Shown: positions 20,821 to 29,333 of the stretch, in pieces
Position numbering within the stretch: position 1 is the first letter of the stretch
Layout: every line of letters starts with the position of its first letter
NCBI RefSeq assembly: GCF_001412615.1
Contig: NZ_CP013011.1
Location: forward strand, 990,001-1,022,000
Direction of reading: 5' to 3'
Length of the DNA: 32,000 nucleotides
DNA from: Pyrodictium delaneyi
GTDB taxonomy: Archaea; Thermoproteota; Thermoprotei_A; Sulfolobales; Pyrodictiaceae
Program-made: the position numbers and the translations under genes
Notes under the pieces: generated by a model
Database searches by the model: none
Told to the model about the DNA's origin: nothing
What the model saw: only the letters and a program-made list of their open reading frames with translations

Positions 20821-21864
20821 TTAATTGCCTTGCTTGCTCTGTAAGCTGATGTATGTTATCTTAGGTGCTGCCTCTGGGATCCAGCGTGGCCTCACTGGGT
20901 GGCGGAGTACTATCGGTCTCTTGGGTGTGCCTGGTATGCTTCCAGCCAGCATCACGTAAGTGCTCCTCACTATACCGTAGTGGAGGAAGCCTCCAGCAGG
21001 TGTTACCTCTAGACCATTCTCGCCTATCTTTATGATGCGCTTGTTGTACTCTGTTCTCCTGTGGAAGCCCATCTGGCCCGGCTGGGGTACCTCGCTCCAC
21101 GAGAACGTCGTCGCGGGGCCTCTGCTACCGGGACCGCTGCGGCTACCCTTCCTGTGCTTGTGCCACTTGGGCAGCTCCTTTACACCAAACCTCTTTATCA
21201 CGCCCTGGAAGCCCTTACCCCTGGTTACCGCTATTACGTCTACGAATTGACCCTCCTTGAAGACGTCTGTTATCTTGAGTGGGTTGCCGAGGAGTTTAAC
21301 GGCATAGTTAAACCTCTCGTCTATGCTGTTCCCGCCACCTATCTTTATCTCTATGAGGTCTGGCTTCTTCTTGCTTAGACCGCCTACGAGCCTCGGTTGT
21401 GTAGCAGCTATTATTCTTACATCGTATACCTTTTCGAGTCTCTCTTCAAGCTTTTTGATCGCCTTCTCGGTATCAGGGAAGCGTAGCCGGGGTATCGCAC
21501 GGTATATGTCGAGCTTATACTTCTCTATGAGGGTTTCAGGCTGAGCCCATGCCTCACCTAGAGTGTAGAGGCCTATGTTTGGATCGTAGCCGTATACACG
21601 GACGGCTGTGACTATCATCGGTGGTGCTTCAACAACCGTTACTGGCATGAATATCTCTCTACCCTGCGTAAGCGAGCCAGGCTCATCGTCTATCACGAAT
21701 ACGTGAGTCATTCCGGCCTTGTAGGCTAGGAATGCAAGCGGTAGAGGCGTCTCACTCTGAACCTCTGGCCACGTTTTGATCCTGGGGACTATGCTGGAAG
21801 CTCTCTTCCTAGGTCTTACAGCCAGGCTGCCTCTACGAGGCGCGTGCTTCTTTCTTGCGCCCAC
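20821..21864 (-). CDS. rpl3: 50S ribosomal protein L3 (uL3)
   Basis: HAPRRGSLAVRPRKRA...FLAYKAGMTHVF...VTRGKGFQGVIKRFGVK..PRKHKHRKGSR-type motifs. Confidence 0.95.
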   Translation of the reverse strand: MGARKKHAPRRGSLAVRPRKRASSIVPRIKTWPEVQSETPLPLAFLAYKAGMTHVFVIDDEPGSLTQGREIFMPVTVVEAPPMIVTAVRVYGYDPNIGLYTLGEAWAQPETLIEKYKLDIYRAIPRLRFPDTEKAIKKLEERLEKVYDVRIIAATQPRLVGGLSKKKPDLIEIKIGGGNSIDERFNYAVKLLGNPLKITDVFKEGQFVDVIAVTRGKGFQGVIKRFGVKELPKWHKHRKGSRSGPGSRGPATTFSWSEVPQPGQMGFHRRTEYNKRIIKIGENGLEVTPAGGFLHYGIVRSTYVMLAGSIPGTPKRPIVLRHPVRPRWIPEAAPKITYISLQSKQGN

Positions 21865-21957
21865 TAGACACCACCGCCGTCATGCCGGTACTAGAGTCTA
21901 CCCCCGTCTCACGTGGGCTCCCCGGTTACTAGCTTTTAACCCTAAGCCTTCAATGAC

Positions 21958-22848
21958 CTACTGCTCCAGGAACATGTTGTAGATTGCTAGTGTCGCTGCT
22001 AGAGCTTCTTCAACACGGACAGTACGTGTACCCTGATTCGGTATAGTATTGTATATCCTATCAAAGACCGCTTCGGGCTCTAAGCCCTCACTATTAGCTA
22101 TCTCAAAAAGCCCTTTGTCGGGGGCTCCAAAGAATAACGCTATCCCGCCTCGGCTAGCGGCTTCCCTAGCATCTCTCACTGCCTTGTCCGCTGTTAGAAC
22201 CTCGCCGAAACGGCTAGTGGCTACTCGGAGCAACCCGCTAGCAGTCTCTAGTGCTTCCCGGAGACCTCGTACTACGGTTATACTGAACCCTGTATAGATT
22301 CCTGCCTCGTCCTCCCTTAGTATGTGTAGCTTGGGAGGATTTAGCGACTCGATTCTAACGAGTACACGTTTACTACGCTTTAACCAGTGGGGTTTCGCAC
22401 ACTTAACATACTTGCCCAACCCAGCATCGAGCACCACTAGGCCACCAAGGTCGCGTACAACCAGCGCTTCGCGAATCTCGCCCACGTGAGGCCCGCCTAC
22501 ACCGTGCGTAGGCAGCTGTAGCGGCGGGAGGATACCAACATACCTTAGCTCCGGCTTGTATGGGTAAAGCTTTTTCTTCAAGTAGGGAGCCGTAAGCATA
22601 TAGCCTATTATTTCCTCCATCAACTTAGCATGTTTCTCAGCATCATTTCTGTCAACATATACTATAAGCCGTGTAGCACGGAATACAGCTAGTATTCTTG
22701 CAAGGATACCAGTCTTAATAGTCTTTAACATCAAACCATGTTCTGTCGAAAGATAGGAGGCTGGCACTGCTACAGCTAGCTCAAGCCTCCTAGCTGAGGG
22801 TACACTACGGCTCTTCATCCCTAGTAGCCTCGAGCCAGGATGCTTCAC
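21958..22848 (-). CDS. DUF171/COG2106 SPOUT-class (trefoil-knot) putative RNA methyltransferase
   Basis: LAVAVPASYLSTEHGLMLKTIKTGILARILAVFRATRLIVY...GILPPLQLPTHGV fits my memory of the family found directly upstream of rpl3 in archaea. The start is GTG at 22848 (an AATTAT box about 27 nt upstream suggests a leaderless mRNA) or ATG at 22818. Confidence 0.7.
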   Translation of the reverse strand: MKHPGSRLLGMKSRSVPSARRLELAVAVPASYLSTEHGLMLKTIKTGILARILAVFRATRLIVYVDRNDAEKHAKLMEEIIGYMLTAPYLKKKLYPYKPELRYVGILPPLQLPTHGVGGPHVGEIREALVVRDLGGLVVLDAGLGKYVKCAKPHWLKRSKRVLVRIESLNPPKLHILREDEAGIYTGFSITVVRGLREALETASGLLRVATSRFGEVLTADKAVRDAREAASRGGIALFFGAPDKGLFEIANSEGLEPEAVFDRIYNTIPNQGTRTVRVEEALAATLAIYNMFLEQ

Positions 22849-23432
22849 CCGGAGCTAGAATTAAGCAAACATAATTGGCACCCATACGCATAAGGACTCG
22901 TCGCCGCGAGCTACGAACAACCACGGCCATATACACAGCGGCGAAGGCAGTGTAAAAACACATCACACTGGTATTAGATGTCTCACCGAAATCGGTGTGG
23001 TTACCGACGCCCCTTGCCACGACGCTGCTGTTGCTGCCTAGCCTGCTTGGCTGCGGCTTTTACCTCCTCCTTTGCCATGAATAGGCTTGTCCTCTGCCGG
23101 CCACCCATCCTCTACACCCCGCAAGGGACAGGGAAGAGGGCTAGGTACATTACTGCTACGCTTCCTCTCCCATATCCTGGGCCGGTGACGTGTTTGCCGA
23201 GTGCTGAGACATCGGACTGATTCAGTTGTGCTGAATATCCCCTTCTACTGAGGCCGTCATGTAGAATCTACGCAACCGTTGATCATTATATGGGGCTCAG
23301 ACGGGTTCACCTCGTCACCGCATAGCCAGGAATGCTAGGCGTTTGCACCCCTCATCACAGCCCGTAGACGGAAGGGTAGGTCCTGATAAATATTGAGCAG
23401 CGCGGACGCCGCTAAACTAGGGCCTGGGGGAC

Positions 23433-24008
23433 TTGGCTAGGCGAAGGCTACGGTTTAGCTGCTTATTCTGTGAGCACTGTTGCTATTTTAGTGCTGAGCA
23501 CGAGATGCCAATAGTCTTCCCCTGGGAGAAGCGGGAACTAGAAAAAATAGCAGCGGAAATGAATATTAAGCTAGGGTTCAAACCATCGCAAGCCTTCATA
23601 GACGAGGACGGGGCATGTGTCGTAACACTCTATAAGTGGATCATACAAGGGTTCTGCCCGTTTTTTAATCGAGCCAGTAGGCATTGTATGATACACGAGG
23701 ATAAACCGCTAGCGTGTAAGATGTATCCTCTGCTTGTAGAGCTTCCCTCTGGAAAGCTAATGGCCTCCGGTAAATGCGACTGGATAAAACAGCACGGACC
23801 AAAACTGATGGAGCATCTGTCTACACGCCCAGAGCTTATACCAGAACTATTCCCTAACGAGTTTGAGGCCGCAAAAAGAGTATTCATAGAGTTCATGACT
23901 ATAAATTCATTTATAGAGAGACACGGGCTACGGCCAATGGACGTTAGTAAATTAAGTGAATGCGCAAGCGTTTACGACATAGACGAGTATATGGCGAGGT
24001 CTGAGTAG
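23433..24008 (+). CDS. YkgJ/UPF0153-family cysteine-cluster protein (CxxCxxCC zinc/iron-chelating domain)
   Basis: N-terminal FSCLFCEHCC matches CxxCxxCC, and a later FCPFFNRASRHCMIHEDKPLACKMYP matches the second half of the family signature. The first motif lies upstream of the first ATG, so a TTG start at 23433 is required. Confidence 0.75.
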   Translation: MARRRLRFSCLFCEHCCYFSAEHEMPIVFPWEKRELEKIAAEMNIKLGFKPSQAFIDEDGACVVTLYKWIIQGFCPFFNRASRHCMIHEDKPLACKMYPLLVELPSGKLMASGKCDWIKQHGPKLMEHLSTRPELIPELFPNEFEAAKRVFIEFMTINSFIERHGLRPMDVSKLSECASVYDIDEYMARSE

Positions 24009-24010
24009 CC

Positions 24011-24289
24011 TTGGGGAAGGAGCGGCGCCTCGTTAGGATATTCTTCAACACATATTATACTGATGTAGCTGAGGCTGTTCTCAAGGAGCTTAAGAGCCTA
24101 GGCTACGAGGTAAAGGCTACTAATTCTAGAGTAGTCCCAGAGCTATACTACGTTGAGATAAATGTCGGCAATACCGATCCCAGAGATGTTGCAGAAAAAG
24201 TACGGGCCCTGCTAGAAGATACTAGGGAAAAACACAGAGGCCTTGTGTTCGGCATCAAAGTGTATAGTATCGATACGTCTTCATCATAG
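24011..24289 (+). CDS. hypothetical small protein (92 aa, predicted alpha/beta), coupled to the YkgJ-like gene
   Basis: The ORF starts 2 nt after the upstream stop and has no internal Met, so it needs a TTG start. The alternating beta/alpha pattern (RIFFNTYY...AEAVLKELKSLGYEV...YYVEINV...) looks protein-like. No family recognised. Confidence 0.45.
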   Translation: MGKERRLVRIFFNTYYTDVAEAVLKELKSLGYEVKATNSRVVPELYYVEINVGNTDPRDVAEKVRALLEDTREKHRGLVFGIKVYSIDTSSS

Positions 24290-24314
24290 CCGGCTTCTCA
24301 GCTACTACTGGGGG

Positions 24315-26333
24315 CTAACTGCGGAGTATTCTACGCATAATGGATGGTATGTCCTGGGGAGTTCTTATGATGTAGAATCTTGTATAGGGCTTGATTCTGT
24401 TCAGCACTCTGGCGTCATGCTTTGGTGGAAGAACTATGGTTATTTGCCATCCTTTTAATCTTAGTTCACGGATCACCTCTTCGACAGTGGCATCGGTTGC
24501 TATGGTTTGTTTGAGATCACTTATGAGCACTATATGACGTGGTGTTGAGCCTTTAGCTGCTGAGCGCAGAGCATCAACTATGTTTGTGTAGCCTGAAAAC
24601 CTCGTCGAGAGTATTAGGTCTACTACATGAAGTGGGTTGATGTGCTTTATGTTTCTGTATATTGTTATGTTTTCGTCGAATACTATGAGCTTTGATATGC
24701 TCGTGGCCAGCGCAGATGCTGCTAGAATCGTGTAGAGTGCGTATGACCGCATACTGCCGCTCTTATCGACGACCACTATGTATTGTCTTGTAGTGTGCTT
24801 GGTTATCCTGGTTAACGGGCTGGGGTTAAAGCGTACTATCTTTTCTAGGGTCTTGCGTATGTGAAGTCTTCCCTTGGTTTTGCTTAGACGGATTTTCCGA
24901 GACGGTCTTAGCCCGGTATTTCCACGAGATTCACGCCAGAGACTCCGCATAAGCATTATCGCGTAGCTTCGTACTCTCTTATTGTTTGCATCGTTATATA
25001 TAGTGCTGAGTAGCTTTAGTGCCTCGAACACATCCATATTCTTTACAATGCTCTTAATGAGTGAATAGATGTCGCCACGTTCTGCGGCATCAATTAATTG
25101 CTTAAGCCGCGTTATCTCAGATTCTACTATTTGCGCTAAATCAATGTTTTCGTAATGGTCTTTTATTTTACTCCATTCTTCTACTGCACGTGTATACTCA
25201 TATTCTGCATAGTCCAATAGGGCACGTGTATCGTCAACTAGACTTTTTGCGAGATACTTTTTCGCGGTAGCAAGCCTATTAAGGACTTCTAGGGCCTCGC
25301 TTTGGCTTGATCCTATACTACTTAGTAGGCTTATCTGGTTCCTATTGAGGATCTCTGTTACGACACCGCGTCGGGAAGCTTGCATACCTATAGCTTTGAG
25401 AGCTATTTCGACTGCACCCTCCTTATTGTACGTAGAGAGTTCAGCTACGACATCTAGTACTGCCTCTTTTCCAAAGTCTTTGACTGCCCTTTCTGCTAGC
25501 TTTGGGTTCTGCTCGAGTAGATAGCGCAAATGCTTCTTCTGGAGCAGTTTTTCTTTGCGTAGAATCTCGTAGATGCTTGATGCGTCGCTATAGTGTTCTC
25601 CTTTGTTTATCTTTTCCTCTATGGTCCTTGACACAATGTATCTTAGATGTTCATTCTTGCCAGCGTGCCGATAGAGTCTTGTTAGCTCGTCTATGCTGAG
25701 ATCTTCGAGATCTATGTAGTTGAGTAGTTCAGTTCCCATTGACGCTACTATGCTACTGTTACGGGTTATGTTACGTCTTATTACATCCTTTATTGCATCT
25801 TTATAGTCTCTGTAGTGTCTTGCTAGCTGTTCTGCTATTCTACGCGCCTGGCTACTGTGTACGACATACTCGCCTTTTCGTCCTCTACGTATTATTCCTA
25901 GTAGCTTGAGTCTAGCGTATGCACTCTGTGCTTTCTCGCTAGTCAGTCTCCGATGGCGTATCTTTGAACCATATCGTAGTCCTAGTGCCTGCAGATCCTT
26001 ATCTATTTCAGCCTCTATGTGTTTTGCAACATATGCTTGGCTGGGCTGACGCCGTTTTGTGATTTCTCTAACTATCTCATGTATTATGGCGCCTTCACGC
26101 ATTCTCTTGGCGTATACAGATGAAAGAACGAACGCTATATCGTCTGGAGCAAGGGTTTTTGCACCGGATACCGCCATGTACAGTGCTAGTAGGCGGGCGG
26201 CCTCGACTACTTCAGCCGTTGATACGTGAAGCCCCCTCTTTCTCGCTTCTAGTGCAGTCTCGTAAGCAATCTGGTACATAGCTTGATCGCTGAGCTTATG
26301 GGTGTAGCCCGAATACTTTCTCGAGGGCCTCAT
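24315..26333 (-). CDS. VWA/MIDAS-domain protein, CoxE-like C-terminus, with an N-terminal helical region of about 515 aa and unknown function
   Basis: The C-terminal 157 aa (about 24318-24788) carry a complete MIDAS motif: VVVDKSGSM (DxSxS, D codon at 24765-24767), FSGYTNIVDAL (Thr) and VLISDL (Asp). They are preceded by GRLHIRKTLEKIVRF..., the basic segment typical of CoxE-like VWA proteins. A GGAGG SD lies 9-13 nt before ATG 26333, and the gene overlaps the MoxR gene by 38 nt. Confidence 0.85.
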   Translation of the reverse strand: MRPSRKYSGYTHKLSDQAMYQIAYETALEARKRGLHVSTAEVVEAARLLALYMAVSGAKTLAPDDIAFVLSSVYAKRMREGAIIHEIVREITKRRQPSQAYVAKHIEAEIDKDLQALGLRYGSKIRHRRLTSEKAQSAYARLKLLGIIRRGRKGEYVVHSSQARRIAEQLARHYRDYKDAIKDVIRRNITRNSSIVASMGTELLNYIDLEDLSIDELTRLYRHAGKNEHLRYIVSRTIEEKINKGEHYSDASSIYEILRKEKLLQKKHLRYLLEQNPKLAERAVKDFGKEAVLDVVAELSTYNKEGAVEIALKAIGMQASRRGVVTEILNRNQISLLSSIGSSQSEALEVLNRLATAKKYLAKSLVDDTRALLDYAEYEYTRAVEEWSKIKDHYENIDLAQIVESEITRLKQLIDAAERGDIYSLIKSIVKNMDVFEALKLLSTIYNDANNKRVRSYAIMLMRSLWRESRGNTGLRPSRKIRLSKTKGRLHIRKTLEKIVRFNPSPLTRITKHTTRQYIVVVDKSGSMRSYALYTILAASALATSISKLIVFDENITIYRNIKHINPLHVVDLILSTRFSGYTNIVDALRSAAKGSTPRHIVLISDLKQTIATDATVEEVIRELRLKGWQITIVLPPKHDARVLNRIKPYTRFYIIRTPQDIPSIMRRILRS

Positions 26334-27399
26334 CTACAATTTCCTCCTCTCCAACCCTCTTGTAGAGAACTATAGTTGCTGCATCTACGACTTCACTTAC
26401 TGTCACTTGCTGTTTGCCACGCAAGGATGCTAACCTGCCAGCTATTCGGGACCATAGAACCGTGTCTGCAGGCCCCGGCTTATATGCAGCTTTTTGGCGT
26501 AGAAGGTTAACTACCTGTACCATTCCCTCGAGTATCTTAGGTTCTAGCTCGACATCTACATCGTATCTGAGCCGGATTATCTCTATCTCGACTTCAGGGG
26601 GCGGATAGTTGAATGGTATTCTTACAACTCTCCGTAGAAATGCATCACTTAGCTCGCTCTGAGCATAGTCCTCTGGGTTACTGGTGAATATTACTTGGAA
26701 ACCCTCGCCTTTTGCGTAAAAAATCTTCCTGAGTTCAGGTACTATTATGCGACGTTTATCTATTATATCTAGGAGCATGTTTTGGAATTCTTCATTACTT
26801 CTCCTTATCTCGTCGACCAGTACACCAGCGTCGAGTATTAATGCTGCAAGCAGGGGGCGTGGTATGAAACTTTTCTCGTTAAACCCATACTTAAACGCCA
26901 TGAGTGGGTGAAAGTCTCCAATAACCCTATATTCGTCATAGTTCTCACTACATGGTATGACAAGAGCTGGCTTGCCTGCCCATAGTGTTAGTATTGCTTC
27001 ACCTATCTCCGTCTTTCCTGTACCTGGCGGCCCTTCGAAGAGCACTGGCCGCCCTGCAAGAAAAGCCGCTACTACTAACGTTACTAGCTTCTTATCTACA
27101 AGCAGTTTATACTCGGTTTTTAGGATTTCCATCATTTTATTAACGTTCCTAATTGGTTTTCGTTTATATTTACTCATTATCTCAGAATATATATTAACAA
27201 CCTTCTCTTCAACACTTTCCATAGCGTTATCCGGGTTATTCTCTTCACCCATGCCAACCATTCCTACTATAGCCTCTACATCTAGACCCTCTTGACTCTC
27301 CACATTCTTTCTGTCCATTACTACACCCTTCATTACTATTCCCAGAAGGTGTAGGGGATAATTTACTACTCCACCAGGTTCTTTACATACCTTGGCCAT
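26296..27399 (-). CDS. MoxR-family AAA+ ATPase (CoxD/APE2220-like) with an acidic N-terminal extension of about 70 aa
   Basis: Walker A is LFEGPPGTGKT (27011-27034) and Walker B is GVLVDEIRRS. The single AAA+ module of about 300 aa is typical of MoxR, and the gene pairs with a downstream VWA gene. A GGAG SD lies 4 nt before ATG 27399. Confidence 0.88.
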   Translation of the reverse strand: MAKVCKEPGGVVNYPLHLLGIVMKGVVMDRKNVESQEGLDVEAIVGMVGMGEENNPDNAMESVEEKVVNIYSEIMSKYKRKPIRNVNKMMEILKTEYKLLVDKKLVTLVVAAFLAGRPVLFEGPPGTGKTEIGEAILTLWAGKPALVIPCSENYDEYRVIGDFHPLMAFKYGFNEKSFIPRPLLAALILDAGVLVDEIRRSNEEFQNMLLDIIDKRRIIVPELRKIFYAKGEGFQVIFTSNPEDYAQSELSDAFLRRVVRIPFNYPPPEVEIEIIRLRYDVDVELEPKILEGMVQVVNLLRQKAAYKPGPADTVLWSRIAGRLASLRGKQQVTVSEVVDAATIVLYKRVGEEEIVDEALEKVFGLHP

Positions 27400-27520
27400 T
27401 GTCTCCTCGGAGAACCCTAGGTCATATTTGATGCGCTTAATACTAATTATGGTCCGACTGTACCGCTATTAGATGTTATGTGCTTCCCTTTCATAGTATA
27501 CTAAGTCGGGGTACGCTAGT

Positions 27521-27973
27521 TTGGGCAAGGCGAGAAGAAGTAAAGAGGACAATGTTATCTATAGTGTATGGATACGTCACGGTCCTGATACAATCCACTA
27601 TGATATGGTATTCGAAGAAGATTGTATAAGACTTATCTATCTGGGTGAGTATTGGCAGCGTGTTAGACCTAGAACCGGACTACAACAGCGAGTAGACCTG
27701 TTTATATACTCGCTTAGGAAGCGACGCGAACGAAACATGGGAGAGGCTAGTCATGGATTTACTATTGATTATTGCAGCATAAAGAGCTACAATTTAGTTA
27801 GACCGCGTATCGCATCACCTCAAGGCGATGTAACCCCTGGTGTTCTAGAGCTGACGCTCCGGGACGGGAGACGCGTACGTATAGAGTTCTCACCTAAGGT
27901 CTATGAGGTTGTTAAGTCTGCTGTAAAGAGATATGTGATCAGGGGCATAGAGAAATGTAGGGATGGCGGCTAG
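27521..27973 (+). CDS. hypothetical protein (150 aa), divergent from the MoxR gene
   Basis: ORF with a TTG start preceded by GGGGT. Basic N-terminus, mixed beta-rich sequence (VLELTLRDGRRVRIEF). No family recognised. Confidence 0.45.
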   Translation: MGKARRSKEDNVIYSVWIRHGPDTIHYDMVFEEDCIRLIYLGEYWQRVRPRTGLQQRVDLFIYSLRKRRERNMGEASHGFTIDYCSIKSYNLVRPRIASPQGDVTPGVLELTLRDGRRVRIEFSPKVYEVVKSAVKRYVIRGIEKCRDGG

Positions 27974-28032
27974 CGCGTCCTAGGGCGATGAAGAGGGCCC
28001 GATAGACTGAAATGTGTTAGTGTGATGAAGGA

Positions 28033-28593
28033 TCAACCGTCGGAGCCTTTGGATAACTTATTCACGAATCTTATGAATATGTAGTCCTTTGACGTTTCAC
28101 CTACATATCTCCCATAATTTGGCAAACATGCTTTCATACTGTGTGCCTTCTTTAGGCTCGTGACTACTGCTGCAGTCTTAGTCACACGGTCTATCTCATT
28201 TATAGCCCTTAGTTTATCATCTACAAGGTCTATTACTGTGAACGATAAGGTATAGTCTATGCTTTTTACACGTAGCGGTATATTCTCAGCATCAGCCTCC
28301 ACAAGTTCTGCAAGATGCCTTAAGTTGAGCATGCTTATGCGACTCTTTGCACGTTCTAACATCCCGGGCGATAGATCAAGACATATATACAATTTTACTT
28401 CAGCTAGTTTGCTTGTAGACTTTAGGTATTCCAGTAATAGCCCGGTTCCACAACCGTCATCTAATACTGTCCCACACACTCCGACAACATTTAGTGCCAA
28501 CTTGTATTTTTCAAACTGCTCTTCCCGATAGAGCTCGTCGTATCCAGCGCTTGTCACGTTGTATTTCTCTCTTAGTACAGCCTTTCTACCCAA
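28033..28593 (-). CDS. class I SAM-dependent methyltransferase (substrate unknown)
   Basis: Motif I is TVLDDGCGTGLLLEYL and the post-I acidic residue lies in ICLDLSPGMLERAK. About 186 aa. Motif I precedes the first ATG, so the start must be TTG at 28593 or a nearby GTG. Confidence 0.75.
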   Translation of the reverse strand: MGRKAVLREKYNVTSAGYDELYREEQFEKYKLALNVVGVCGTVLDDGCGTGLLLEYLKSTSKLAEVKLYICLDLSPGMLERAKSRISMLNLRHLAELVEADAENIPLRVKSIDYTLSFTVIDLVDDKLRAINEIDRVTKTAAVVTSLKKAHSMKACLPNYGRYVGETSKDYIFIRFVNKLSKGSDG

Positions 28594-28764
28594 TTATGCT
28601 CTCCCTACCAATACTCAACACTTACCCTATTACAGCACTCCCAACACTCTATAGTGTTCATCTTTGCCCGAGGATACACAAACAGATGACCTAGAAAATG
28701 TTTTCAGCACAAATACAGCATATGGCTAGGGATGTTATTGACTAAAGCACACTGTTTGTTAATG

Positions 28765-28797
28765 AAAATATTGCTTGTGATCATTTTGCGTAAAAAC
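28765..28797 (-). terminator. oligo-T tracts (T5 and T4) downstream of rps19
   Basis: The minus strand after stop 28818 reads cgctgtatatgctcccgtatgTTTTTacgcaaaatgatcacaagcaataTTTTcatt. This fits rpl2-rps19 being an independently terminated unit. Confidence 0.35.
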
Positions 28798-28817
28798 ATA
28801 CGGGAGCATATACAGCG

Positions 28818-29294
28818 CTACTTTAGGGCCACGTGTAAGCTGCTTCTTGTAGCCTTGAGTCCAGGCTCTCCGTGCTGTACCTGGCGGCATGTTGGGCTGA
28901 ACTCACCTAGGTAATGGCCTATCATTTCAGGTGTTATGCGCACCGGCACGAATTCCTTTCCATTGTAGACCGCTATCGTCATTCCAATCATTTCTGGCAG
29001 TATTATCATGTCTCTCACATGTGTTTTTACTACGACTTTTTTGCCTTGTAGTATCTTCTGACGAGCCTTACGGATCTTCCAAAGGAGTCTACGCTGAGGG
29101 TCTGTTAGGCCTCTTAGTAAGCTTCTGCGCTGGCGAGCAGGTAGTAGCTTTATGAATGTGTCCATGGGCATTGAGAGTAGCTCTTCTAGGGTGTAGCCGC
29201 GGTAACGGAACTTTCTCCACTCTTGCGGCAGTGTCTCAAGCCACTTTTTCATTTCCTCATCTAATTGTGGTTTTACACGCTGCATCGTATACAC
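28818..29294 (-). CDS. rps19: 30S ribosomal protein S19 (uS19)
   Basis: [39 protein letters not shown]...[29 protein letters not shown]...[23 protein letters not shown]. The likely start is ATG at 29285, preceded by GGGTG. Confidence 0.93.
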   Translation of the reverse strand: MYTMQRVKPQLDEEMKKWLETLPQEWRKFRYRGYTLEELLSMPMDTFIKLLPARQRRSLLRGLTDPQRRLLWKIRKARQKILQGKKVVVKTHVRDMIILPEMIGMTIAVYNGKEFVPVRITPEMIGHYLGEFSPTCRQVQHGEPGLKATRSSLHVALK

Positions 29295-29333
29295 CCAGGG
29301 TAGTGGGGATTGGTGACAAGTGGGGGTTTAACG

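Noticed and set aside
22805-23220. 71-aa (minus) and 80-aa (plus) ORFs in the DUF171 upstream region
   Set aside because: They overlap each other and the DUF171 start, and both are Cys/Arg/Ala-rich low-complexity frames. Only the small basic frame (23001-23108) seemed worth flagging, and that only weakly.
24243-24458. 71-aa plus-strand ORF bridging the 92-aa gene and the VWA gene 3' end
   Set aside because: It overlaps two better-supported genes in other frames or strands and has no motif support.
28643-28658. 16-bp near-palindrome AACACTCTATAGTGTT upstream of the SAM methyltransferase gene
   Set aside because: It has one mismatch and is short and AT-rich, lying in an AT-rich spacer. That is insufficient to call an operator without conservation data.
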